From assembly GCA_021129535.1 (NCBI GenBank), contig JAJOLB010000040.1, positions 1 through 25,973 of the forward strand: 25,973 bases of DNA. Reading direction: 5' to 3'. Below are positions 1 to 7,934 of the stretch, piece after piece (within the stretch, counting starts at the first letter, position 1; each line of letters begins with the position of its first letter). The notes under the pieces are model-generated. The model saw nothing but the letters and a program-made list of their open reading frames with translations. It made no database searches and was not told the origin of the DNA. Origin of the DNA: Minisyncoccota bacterium. GTDB taxonomy: Bacteria; Patescibacteriota; Minisyncoccia; Phycocordibacterales; UBA1006. Position numbers and translations under genes: made by a program.

Positions 1-1
1 A

Positions 2-433
2 AGTAAAGATATTTCTGTAAACAGCAATGAGCTATTACAGCAATCACCTGATTTGGCTCAAAAGGTTGCAGAGCAAAATAACGTGATTAAATCCTTGGTC
101 TTGCAGATTAGTAAATTACAAAATTCTGGTCAAGAAATTATCGAGCACGAACAACAGAGAATCGTTAGTAATGGTCATATTGATGAGCGAAGAGTAGGAA
201 AGGGAAAGGTTGTAAGAATTAAAAATAAAGCAGAAATTAATGACAATGAAATTGTAAAAGAGCTTAATAGAAAAAGCTCCTTTAAAAACATTTTGATATT
301 TATATACGGTATTTTTCTGAATATTTTTGCATGGTTGTTCTCGTTGTGGTGGTTTGTGGTGATACTGTTATTTTTAGGAATTTATGTATTGTTGCGATTG
401 TTATTTAAAATTTTTGGTAGGGATAGGGATTAA
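2..433 (+). CDS. Hypothetical membrane protein, 5'-truncated by the window edge
   Basis: Frame is open from base 2 (SKDISVNSNELLQQSPDLAQ...) to TAA 431-433; C-terminal hydrophobic stretch (ILIFIYGIFLNIFAWLFSLWWFVVILLFLGIYVLL). Confidence 0.6.
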   Translation, partial: SKDISVNSNELLQQSPDLAQKVAEQNNVIKSLVLQISKLQNSGQEIIEHEQQRIVSNGHIDERRVGKGKVVRIKNKAEINDNEIVKELNRKSSFKNILIFIYGIFLNIFAWLFSLWWFVVILLFLGIYVLLRLLFKIFGRDRD

Positions 434-471
434 GTAAAAAACTAACTTTGTATTGGTTTTTTGTTTTAAGA

Positions 472-500
472 TTGACATTTATAATAATGCATGATAGATT
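472..500 (+). promoter_or_regulatory. Sigma70-type promoter of the 597-1211 gene
   Basis: TTGACA (472-477), 17-nt spacer, TAGATT (495-500) preceded by TG (extended -10). Confidence 0.6.
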
Positions 501-515
501 ATATATGAAATTCAT

Positions 516-566
516 TGTTCACAGTAGTTAGTTTTTAATTCTATTGAGAATTACATACTGTGAACA
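516..566. other. Stem-loop/inverted repeat in the 5' leader
   Basis: TGTTCACAGTA (516-526) / TACTGTGAACA (556-566), with an inner TAATTCT/AGAATTA stem. Confidence 0.6.
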
Positions 567-596
567 TATGAGCAGTCTTAGAAAATTAAATACGTT

Positions 597-1211
597 ATGC
601 AAAAAAACAAGCACCTAACAAACAGGCAAGGGGTAAAATTTGACCAATTAGGGAGACAAAATAACGTTTCCAGAGCAAAAATGAAAGAATTTTTTAGTCA
701 ATTTAAACTAAGAAACCTTCAAAATTTAAAATCTAAAAAAATAATTTCAATTCCTAAAATGTCGTTTAATCCAGGTGAATTTTTTATTCACAGAAGAAAC
801 GATAATGGAATTCAGCTATGGTTAAGTGATGATATCCAAAATATATTTTTACCACTTTTAAGTAAAAATATTGAATTTGATGGGGTTGACCTTGAAAAGT
901 TGAGATTGAAAAAAAGGTTAAGCGATTTTGATATTCAAAAAAAAATTGGAAATCAAATCCAAAACCCTGATGATATCGCAGCTGAAATTAAACATTTAAT
1001 ATCCCAACAACCAAAAGGTAAAAAAAATGGCGATTTAGATGTTCCATATATTTCACATATATTCTATTTTGAGTATATGGATCGTGTTTGGTCTGTGTGG
1101 CTGCGCTGGGGTGATGACGGTGAGGAGTGGGACATGGATTGCGACGAGACGAACGCGTTCGAGTGGAATGTTGATGATTCGGTGTTTAGTCCTGCAACTG
1201 ATAAATCTTAG
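597..1211 (+). CDS. Putative DGR target (variable) protein of a CPR-type family
   Basis: 204 aa. C-terminus (SHIFYFEYMDRVWSVWLRWGDDGEEWDMDCDETNAFEWNVDDSVFSPAT) resembles, from recall, Parcubacteria DGR target C-termini (xNIFY...VxxxW...WxVxAx...W...xxVFS). Abrupt codon/GC shift in the last ~45 codons. Confidence 0.7.
   Translation: MQKNKHLTNRQGVKFDQLGRQNNVSRAKMKEFFSQFKLRNLQNLKSKKIISIPKMSFNPGEFFIHRRNDNGIQLWLSDDIQNIFLPLLSKNIEFDGVDLEKLRLKKRLSDFDIQKKIGNQIQNPDDIAAEIKHLISQQPKGKKNGDLDVPYISHIFYFEYMDRVWSVWLRWGDDGEEWDMDCDETNAFEWNVDDSVFSPATDKS
1062..1200 (+). other. Putative DGR variable region (VR)
   Basis: 44 consecutive codons (1062-1193) with no A at the third position; GC 65/120 (54%) in 1081-1200 versus 28/120 (23%) in 661-780; W-D-M-D-C-D pattern compatible with a W-N-x-N-x-N (AAY) template. 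Confidence 0.7.
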
Positions 1212-1278
1212 AGTTTTGAGTTTTTGTATCTTTATTTTGATACTTTGATTCTTGGAATCTTTGACTCTTGAGCTTTGC
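1212..1278 (+). repeat. T-rich imperfect tandem of ~8 YTTTGA-like units
   Basis: TTTTGA, TTTTTGT, TTTTGA, CTTTGA, CTTGGA, CTTTGA, CTTGA, CTTTGC directly after the stop codon. Confidence 0.6.
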
Positions 1279-1336
1279 ATAAATTCGTTATTGTTGTTTT
1301 CTTTCAGAAAACTCGGTAACTTATTTAAAACTTTAT

Positions 1337-1371
1337 AAACTGATTTCTTTCTTTTGAGGAATCGGTTTTTT
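1337..1371 (+). terminator. Intrinsic terminator-like hairpin
   Basis: AAACTGATTTCT / AGGAATCGGTTT (two G-U pairs) followed by a T run. Confidence 0.55.
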
Positions 1372-1507
1372 CTATATACTATGTATATCCTTCAAGAAAC
1401 GGCGGTCAGGGATTGAAGAGACTATAATAACTACTAAGAAGTCTATTAATACTTTAATATGTTTACATAAATACATCTCCATGGCTTATAGAACTAAGAT
1501 TCAATAT

Positions 1508-1540
1508 AAAAAACAAACGAAAATAATTCGTTTGTTTTTT
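1508..1540. terminator. Bidirectional intrinsic terminator
   Basis: Perfect AAAAAACAAACGAA / TTCGTTTGTTTTTT inverted repeat, 5-nt loop, next to the stop of the minus-strand flavoprotein gene. Confidence 0.75.
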
Positions 1541-1543
1541 ATT

Positions 1544-2791
1544 TTAAACACTTATTCCCGCAACATAACCAGTAGTCCAACACAACTGCAACGAATATCC
1601 ACCAGACGGACGATTCACATGTAGCATGTCACCGGTAATATACAGATTTTTTATAATCTTTGATTGCATGGTTTTCGTATTAATTTCCTCTAATGGAATT
1701 CCACCATCAGCAATAACCGCACGATCCATTCCCATTAAACCGTCAATTGTCAGTGGTAAATGTTTTAAAAGATGAAGTAATGTTTTTCGTTCCTCGACAG
1801 TCACGACGTTAACCTTTTTGTGGGGTTCCTGTAATTGCATCATGTCGTGAACAACCTCAGCAATTTTTTTAGGTAACAATTCATATAAAGCATTTCGAAT
1901 ATTTTTATTTTTTGTTTGTTCAAATATTCTCAGAATTCGTTTATCCAGCGACCCTAAGTCTGTGTCAGGGAACAAGTCAATCTCAGCAGTAACATGACCA
2001 CGGTCCAAAAGCTCGCGAACTTGTTTTGCGGAATTTAGAATTAATGGTGCAGATAACCCAAAATGGGTGAATAATATTTTTCCAGTTTTTGAAAATTCGC
2101 GTACTTCATCACAGAAAAAGGTGATTTTCATGAATGATAATGTTGTTCCAGAGATTCCAGCTATCCAGTAATCTGTGACTTGCAATGGAACAATGTCAGG
2201 ATTTGAACGATGAATAGTATGTCCAAGTTTCTCCATCCACGCAAAACCATCACCTGTTGAGCCTGTTTCAGGTGCAGCAACACCACCAACAGCAACAATG
2301 TATTTATCTGCTGTGTAACGCATGTCTTTGGTGTCTACTGATGTAATCTCGCCTCTGGTATGGTTCATTTTGTATATTGGCGAACCTTGAAGAATTTTTA
2401 CACCATGGTCTTTAATAAACTGTTTCATGGTTGCATAAACATCATAGGCCTTTTCAGATTTTGGAAAGACACGGTTTCGGGCTTGGGTTACCAGTGGTAA
2501 TTTTTTCTTTTCAAAAAAGGTAAAAGTGTCTTTTACCGAGAATTGTGAAAATGGGGAAAACAAAAATTTCCCAGCATCACCATAATGTGCCAACAGTTTT
2601 CGGTTATCTAATTCATAATTCGTTATATTACAACGTCCTCCACCGGTAATTTTTAATTTATCACCAAGGTCGTGATTTTTTTCAATCAATAATACACCTT
2701 TACCATTTTTTGCTGCTGTTCCCGCAGCCATCATGCCAGCCGGTCCACCACCCAAAACGATAACGTCATAATGCTCCTTATCATATTTCAT
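1544..2791 (-). CDS. HI0933/YhiN-family NAD(P)/FAD-dependent oxidoreductase
   Basis: GGGPAGMMAA Rossmann motif, KLKITGGGRCNITN, ETGSTGDGF, GGYSLQLCWTTGY. Start moved to ATG 2791 (MKYD), which has TATACT 8 nt upstream. Confidence 0.93.
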   Translation of the reverse strand: MKYDKEHYDVIVLGGGPAGMMAAGTAAKNGKGVLLIEKNHDLGDKLKITGGGRCNITNYELDNRKLLAHYGDAGKFLFSPFSQFSVKDTFTFFEKKKLPLVTQARNRVFPKSEKAYDVYATMKQFIKDHGVKILQGSPIYKMNHTRGEITSVDTKDMRYTADKYIVAVGGVAAPETGSTGDGFAWMEKLGHTIHRSNPDIVPLQVTDYWIAGISGTTLSFMKITFFCDEVREFSKTGKILFTHFGLSAPLILNSAKQVRELLDRGHVTAEIDLFPDTDLGSLDKRILRIFEQTKNKNIRNALYELLPKKIAEVVHDMMQLQEPHKKVNVVTVEERKTLLHLLKHLPLTIDGLMGMDRAVIADGGIPLEEINTKTMQSKIIKNLYITGDMLHVNRPSGGYSLQLCWTTGYVAGISV

Positions 2792-2926
2792 ATATGTGTA
2801 GTATACGTGGAGACCTATAAAAGACAATTAAATATTGGTTTTTCTAAATACCTTATTTTAATTAAAACACATTTTATAAAATGAGTACTGGTATAATAAA
2901 ATAACATGGTTTATAATAAAAGTAAT

Positions 2927-3544
2927 ATGTTTGTATTACCAAATTGTAGAAAATCATACTCAGCGTATGAACCTTATATAGATGAACCAACTATGAAAAT
3001 CCACCATTTAGGACATCATAAGGGGTATGTAGAAAAACTTAACAGAGGACTTGTTGATATGGAATTTTCAACAGAACGAATAGAGGATATTTTTGAAAAA
3101 ATTTCTGATTTTCCTACGCTTGTTCGAAATAACGCAGGTGGTCACTATAACCACACGGTATTTTGGTCAACATTGAATGATTCTATGTCGACACCATCAA
3201 CGGAACTTATGAAACTTATCACTGCTAAGTATGGAATAATGGAGGATTTCAGAGCAGAATTTACAAAAGCTGCCTTGCTACTCTTTGGTTCTGGTTGGGT
3301 TTGGTTAGTTGTAAATAGCGATGGCGAGCTTGATATAGTAACAACAAAGAATCAAGACAATCCACTAATGTCTGATATTAATTCTGGTTATCCATTGTTT
3401 GGTTTGGATATTTGGGAGCATGCTTATTACATGAAACACCAAAATAAAAGAATTAATTATATTAAAGATTTTTGGTCTGTTCTAGATTGGGACACAGTTT
3501 CAATACGATTGTCAGAACGCCCAGAGATGAATGACCTTGCCTAG
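2927..3544 (+). CDS. sodA: Superoxide dismutase, Mn-type signature
   Basis: IHHLGHH, NNAGGHYNH, NQDNP and DIWEHAYY motifs; GG-H plus Gln in NQD is the Mn-type pattern. Start likely MFVLP (TATAAT at 2912-2917). Confidence 0.93.
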   Translation: MFVLPNCRKSYSAYEPYIDEPTMKIHHLGHHKGYVEKLNRGLVDMEFSTERIEDIFEKISDFPTLVRNNAGGHYNHTVFWSTLNDSMSTPSTELMKLITAKYGIMEDFRAEFTKAALLLFGSGWVWLVVNSDGELDIVTTKNQDNPLMSDINSGYPLFGLDIWEHAYYMKHQNKRINYIKDFWSVLDWDTVSIRLSERPEMNDLA

Positions 3545-3558
3545 GTCTTTTTCTTTTT

Positions 3559-3924
3559 ATGATTAATTTAAATCAATTGGTAGATTTTTGTATGAAAAAA
3601 TCTGGGGTAAACCAAGAGTTTCCATTTGATAAAAAGACGATGGTTTTCAAGCTTTGCGGAAAAATGTTTTTGTTGACCAATATTCAAGAATGGGAACAAT
3701 ATCAAGGACGAATCAACGTAAAAAATGAACCAGAAATTAATACATTATTACGTGAACAATATAGTTCAATTATTCCAGGCTATCACATGAATAAAAAACA
3801 TTGGAACACCATTAATATTTTTGAAGAAGAATTAGACGATGATTTTATTTTTAACCTCATTGATGAGTCTTATGAGATAATAAAATTAAAATTACCTAAA
3901 AAAGATCAAAAGACACTTTCCTAG
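3559..3924 (+). CDS. MmcQ/YjbR-family DNA-binding protein
   Basis: FPFDKKTMVFKLCGKMF and IIPGYHMNKKHWNTI motifs; LIDESYE. Confidence 0.9.
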   Translation: MINLNQLVDFCMKKSGVNQEFPFDKKTMVFKLCGKMFLLTNIQEWEQYQGRINVKNEPEINTLLREQYSSIIPGYHMNKKHWNTINIFEEELDDDFIFNLIDESYEIIKLKLPKKDQKTLS

Positions 3925-4185
3925 AACGTGTCTTTTATTTTTGTCAAAGTGATTGAAAATAAGGCCCCTGATAGTTTTTTTCTTTGACAAAAAAGAAGGT
4001 GAATTATTTATTTTCTACTTATGGCTTTATTTTATTTTTTCTTGAAAAATATCTGATATACTAAACCTATAAATAATTAATAATCATTCATAATGCTACA
4101 TGAATACAGAATATGTTACCTGTGAAAAGGGTGATAGTGACTTTTTGTACTCTTTTATTGCTTATGATACTAACCAAAGAATGCA

Positions 4186-5457
4186 ATGATAGAAAAAACA
4201 CAAAAACGAAATGGAGATATCGCTGATTTTGATATTCAAAAAATCATAAAAGCTGTTTTAGGGGCCATGCGTGATGTCGGAAAAGGGAAACGGGAAGACG
4301 CTGAACGAGTCGCCGAATTAGTTTTTCAAGAGTTAATGCAGAGAGCAGAAATGAACCCTGAATATATTCCAAACATCGAGGAAATTCAGGATGTTGTCGA
4401 GGAGGCTTTGATGGTTGGAGGATATCGTGATGTTGCAAAGGCATATATTATTTACCGTGATGAGCGTGCACGTGAACGGCAAACAGATGTTTTTGAACGG
4501 CGTGTTGCCCTTAAACCATATGAATATCCACACCTTTACGAATATGTTGATGCTATTCGTCATTCATATTGGATTCACACAGAGTTTAATTTCACTGGTG
4601 ATATTCAAGATTTCAAGGCAAATCTAAATGATGCTGAAAAAAGCGCTGTAAAAAATGCGATGCTTGCAATCTCACAAATTGAAGTAGCTGTAAAATCATT
4701 TTGGGGTGATATTTACAAGCGAATGCCAAAGGCTGAGATTGGAGCTGTTGGTGCAACCTTTGCGGAGTCAGAGGTTCGTCATCACGATGCATACTCGCAC
4801 CTATTAGAAATTCTTGGACTTAATAATGAATTTAAAGAGCTTAAAAGAAACCCTGTAATTATGAAACGTGTGCGATATTTAGATCAGGCACTTTTGAATT
4901 CACAGTCAGTTGAAAATAAAGAATATTTTGAGGCTATTATGTTGTTCTCCTTATTCATTGAACATGTTTCATTGTTCTCACAGTTTCTTGTTATTATGTC
5001 ATTCAACAAGTTTAAAAATAAACTAAAAGGAATTTCAAACGTGGTGGAGGCAACATCAAAAGAAGAACAAATTCATGGTAATTTCGGTTCAGATATTATT
5101 AATATCATTAAGAAGGAAAACCCAACATGGTTTACACCAAAGACAAATGATATGGTGCGAGAAATGTGTTTAGAGGCATATGAATCAGAGGCAGAAATTA
5201 TTGATTGGATTTTCGAGGGAGGGGAATTAGATTTCCTACCTGTTAATGTTGTAAAAGAATTTATTAAAGACAGATTTAATAAATCACTTGTTGGAATTGG
5301 TGTATTACCGGTTTTCGAGGTTGATGATTCCTTGGTACAACAATCAGAATGGTTTGATGATGAAATCCTTGCGACTAAACATGGAGATTTCTTTGTAAAA
5401 CGCTCAATTAATTATAACAAGAGAAGTAAAAGTATTACCAGTGATGACCTATTCTAG
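4186..5457 (+). CDS. nrdB: Ribonucleotide reductase beta subunit with N-terminal ATP cone (class Id/NrdBi-like)
   Basis: N-terminal ~95 aa ATP cone (KRNGDIADFDIQKI...IEEIQDVVEEALM); ferritin-like ligands QIEVAVK, ESEVRH, FIEHVSLFSQF, EEQIH; C-terminal DFFVKRSINY...ITSDDLF. Confidence 0.92.
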   Translation: MIEKTQKRNGDIADFDIQKIIKAVLGAMRDVGKGKREDAERVAELVFQELMQRAEMNPEYIPNIEEIQDVVEEALMVGGYRDVAKAYIIYRDERARERQTDVFERRVALKPYEYPHLYEYVDAIRHSYWIHTEFNFTGDIQDFKANLNDAEKSAVKNAMLAISQIEVAVKSFWGDIYKRMPKAEIGAVGATFAESEVRHHDAYSHLLEILGLNNEFKELKRNPVIMKRVRYLDQALLNSQSVENKEYFEAIMLFSLFIEHVSLFSQFLVIMSFNKFKNKLKGISNVVEATSKEEQIHGNFGSDIINIIKKENPTWFTPKTNDMVREMCLEAYESEAEIIDWIFEGGELDFLPVNVVKEFIKDRFNKSLVGIGVLPVFEVDDSLVQQSEWFDDEILATKHGDFFVKRSINYNKRSKSITSDDLF

Positions 5458-5478
5458 GTTTTAAGAAAGATTATATAT

Positions 5479-7155
5479 ATGAAATGGTTAAATGAAAATA
5501 GTAGAAAATTCCTAGAAGGTGGTTACTTGTTACCAGGCGTAACACCAGAGGCACGAATTCGTGAAATTGCGGATCATGCTGAAAAATTGTTGGATAAACC
5601 TGGTTTTGCAGATAAATTTTATGACTATATGTCGCAAGGTTTTTATTCACTTGCCTCGCCGGTATGGTCAAATTTTGGACATAAACGCGGGCTTCCAATT
5701 TCATGTTTTGGTTCATATATTTCTGATGACATGGGAAGTATCCTGTATACACAAGCTGAGGTTGGAATGATGTCAAAATTAGGTGGCGGTTGTTCAGGTT
5801 ATTTTGGTGCACTGCGTGGTCGTGGAACGTCAATTAAAAACAATGGAACATCATCAGGTTCAGTGCATTTTATGAAATTATTTGAATCTCTGATTGATGT
5901 TGTTTCACAGGGTTCAGTACGGCGTGGATTTTTCTCACCATATTTACCTATTGAACATCCAGATATTGCAGAGTTTTTAGAAATAGGAACAGAAGGAAAT
6001 GCTATTCAAACATTAACACATGGTGTTACCGTTGGAGATGAATGGATGCAATCAATGATTGATGGCGATGTAGAAAAACGAAAAACATGGGCACGCTTGA
6101 TTCAGGCACGTAACGAGGTTGGATATCCTTATATTATGTTCTCTGATACGGCAAATAGAAATACTGTTGATGTGTACAAAGACAAAGGTCACACAATTTA
6201 CGCCAGTAATATGTGTTCTGAAATTATGTTACCATCGAATGATGAATGGTCATTTGTATGTTGTTTGTCATCAGTGAATTTATTCCATTATGAATCTTGG
6301 AAAGATACTGATGCTGTTGAAACACTGACTTACTTTCTAGAAGCTGTTCTCGTTGAATTTACAAATAAACTTGAAGAGTATCGAGATTCTGATTCGCTTG
6401 ATGACCAGCAAACATTTCAGTTTATGCAACGAGCCTATAAATTTGCAGTAGAAAATCGTGCTATTGGAATTGGTGCATTAGGTTGGCATTCACTGCTACA
6501 ATCACGAATGTTAGCATTCGAATCTATTGAAGCTACGAAATTAAATACAGAAATTTTTAAACTTTTAAAGGATAAAACATATGCAGCCTCAGCAGAAATG
6601 GCAGATATTTATGGGGAACCAAAAGTTCTAAAAGGCTACGGACGTCGACATACAACAACAATGGCAGTGGCACCGAATACTTCATCAGCTTTTATTCTAG
6701 GACAAGTCTCACAAGGAATTGAACCGCTATGGTCCAATTGTTATGTAAAAGATATTGCAAAATTAAAGGTAACATTAAAAAATCCACTATTGGAGGAGCT
6801 ATTGGAACAAAAAGGTCACAATACGCGTGAAATATGGAAAAGCATCAAAGAGAATGATGGTTCTGTTCAGCACTTAACAGAGATTCTGGATGAAAAAGAA
6901 CGCGAGGTATTTAAAACTTTCCCTGAAATTAATCAAATGGTTGTTATTCAGCAAGCAGCAGCTCGGCAATTGTATATTGACCAAGGTCAATCATTAAATA
7001 TTATGGTTCACCCAGATACACCTGTAAAAGATATTAACGCCATGTATATTGAGGCTTGGAAAATGGGAATCAAGGCTCTCTACTATCAACATAGTATGAA
7101 TGCAGCACAACAATTAAATAGAAAATTGTTGGAATGTGTCAGTTGTGAAGCATAG
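5479..7155 (+). CDS. nrdA: Ribonucleotide reductase alpha subunit, short and without ATP cone
   Basis: GLPISCF, ASNMCSEI, FVCCLSS, APNTSS, ALYY and C-terminal CVSC all present; 558 aa. Confidence 0.93.
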   Translation: MKWLNENSRKFLEGGYLLPGVTPEARIREIADHAEKLLDKPGFADKFYDYMSQGFYSLASPVWSNFGHKRGLPISCFGSYISDDMGSILYTQAEVGMMSKLGGGCSGYFGALRGRGTSIKNNGTSSGSVHFMKLFESLIDVVSQGSVRRGFFSPYLPIEHPDIAEFLEIGTEGNAIQTLTHGVTVGDEWMQSMIDGDVEKRKTWARLIQARNEVGYPYIMFSDTANRNTVDVYKDKGHTIYASNMCSEIMLPSNDEWSFVCCLSSVNLFHYESWKDTDAVETLTYFLEAVLVEFTNKLEEYRDSDSLDDQQTFQFMQRAYKFAVENRAIGIGALGWHSLLQSRMLAFESIEATKLNTEIFKLLKDKTYAASAEMADIYGEPKVLKGYGRRHTTTMAVAPNTSSAFILGQVSQGIEPLWSNCYVKDIAKLKVTLKNPLLEELLEQKGHNTREIWKSIKENDGSVQHLTEILDEKEREVFKTFPEINQMVVIQQAAARQLYIDQGQSLNIMVHPDTPVKDINAMYIEAWKMGIKALYYQHSMNAAQQLNRKLLECVSCEA

Positions 7156-7194
7156 AATTTTTTGTAAACGAAAATTGTAAAAAAATCGGACGCT

Positions 7195-7222
7195 TGTCAT
7201 TCTCAGCTTGACTGGGAATCCA
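7195..7222 (+). repeat. TGTC/CGTC-type palindromic repeat (REP-like), single arm
   Basis: TGTCATTCTCAGCTTGACTGGGAATCCA; ATTCTCAG/CTGGGAAT stem. Confidence 0.75.
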
Positions 7223-7225
7223 AAT

Positions 7226-7259
7226 AAAGAAAAAGAATAATTTGTTATTCTTTTTCTTT
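7226..7259. terminator. Intrinsic terminator after nrdA
   Basis: AAAGAAAAAGAATAA / TTATTCTTTTTCTTT perfect inverted repeat. Confidence 0.65.
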
Positions 7260-7294
7260 TATATTTAATTTAAATAATTTGTTATACTAAATAC

Positions 7295-7456
7295 ATGAAA
7301 AAAAAGATTACAAAAGAACAGTTGCAAAATATTCTGAATAAAATACCAGCACAATTTAGAAAAAAAATAATAGCAGCTGCAAAACAAGGTAAGAAGGTTA
7401 CCTTAAAAATTACAAAAACCAAAGGAGGATTAAAATCTCCGTATCAAAATAAATAA
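7295..7456 (+). CDS. Small basic hypothetical protein (53 aa), absent from the ORF track
   Basis: MKKKITKEQLQNILNKIPAQFRKKIIAAAKQGKKVTLKITKTKGGLKSPYQNK; TATACT at 7283-7288, 6 nt before ATG; 16 K/R versus 1 E. Confidence 0.55.
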   Translation: MKKKITKEQLQNILNKIPAQFRKKIIAAAKQGKKVTLKITKTKGGLKSPYQNK

Positions 7457-7486
7457 CATGAAAAAATTTATTATAATTTAGTATTA

Positions 7487-7900
7487 ATGGATAATCTTGA
7501 TATTGTAGCCTAGGAACAAGTAATTCATGATATGGGCGGAATTGTAGCCTGGGAAATGATTCGGGAAAATCCTGCAAAGATTTCACATTTATATATTTTA
7601 AATACGATTATCTATGCTGAGGATTTTCATCCGCCAACAGATTTTTCATATACAAATCCATTACATACATTTTTCCTCGACCTCCATTCAAATACATACA
7701 TTGGAAAAATGATTGTGGAAAATATGCTGAAAACAGGAACGGATAACTATTCAATGAATATGGAAACAAGACGTGGATATTGGTTGCCGTTACGTGAAAA
7801 TGCTGATGCCTTGGTCCACTTCTTTACATATACAAAATGAATAAAGGGGAATTTAGCAGACTATCGAAAAGTCTTTGAAAAACCAATAGTATTGGTTTTT
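7487..7900 (+). pseudogene. Alpha/beta hydrolase remnant (haloalkane dehalogenase/epoxide hydrolase-like)
   Basis: One frame reads MDNLDIVA*EQVIHDMGGIVAWEM...LNT...HFFTYTK*IKGNLADYRKVFEK; nucleophile elbow HDMGG; in-frame TAG 7511 and TGA 7838; N-terminal half missing. Confidence 0.7.
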
Positions 7901-7934
7901 TTGTTTTCTTTATACAGGTATACTTGTAAAAGCA

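Noticed and set aside
1039-1280. ORF-track entries 1039-1248 (+) and 1053-1280 (-)
   Set aside because: By-products of the A-poor VR and T-rich tract, which suppress stop codons in other frames.
1401-1425. GGTCAGG resembling SRP RNA helix 8
   Set aside because: No GNRA loop or AGCAG partner follows.
7838-7840. In-frame TGA as evidence for genetic code 25
   Set aside because: The same remnant also has a TAG and lacks its 5' half, and the long genes (up to 1012 aa) contain no in-frame TGA.
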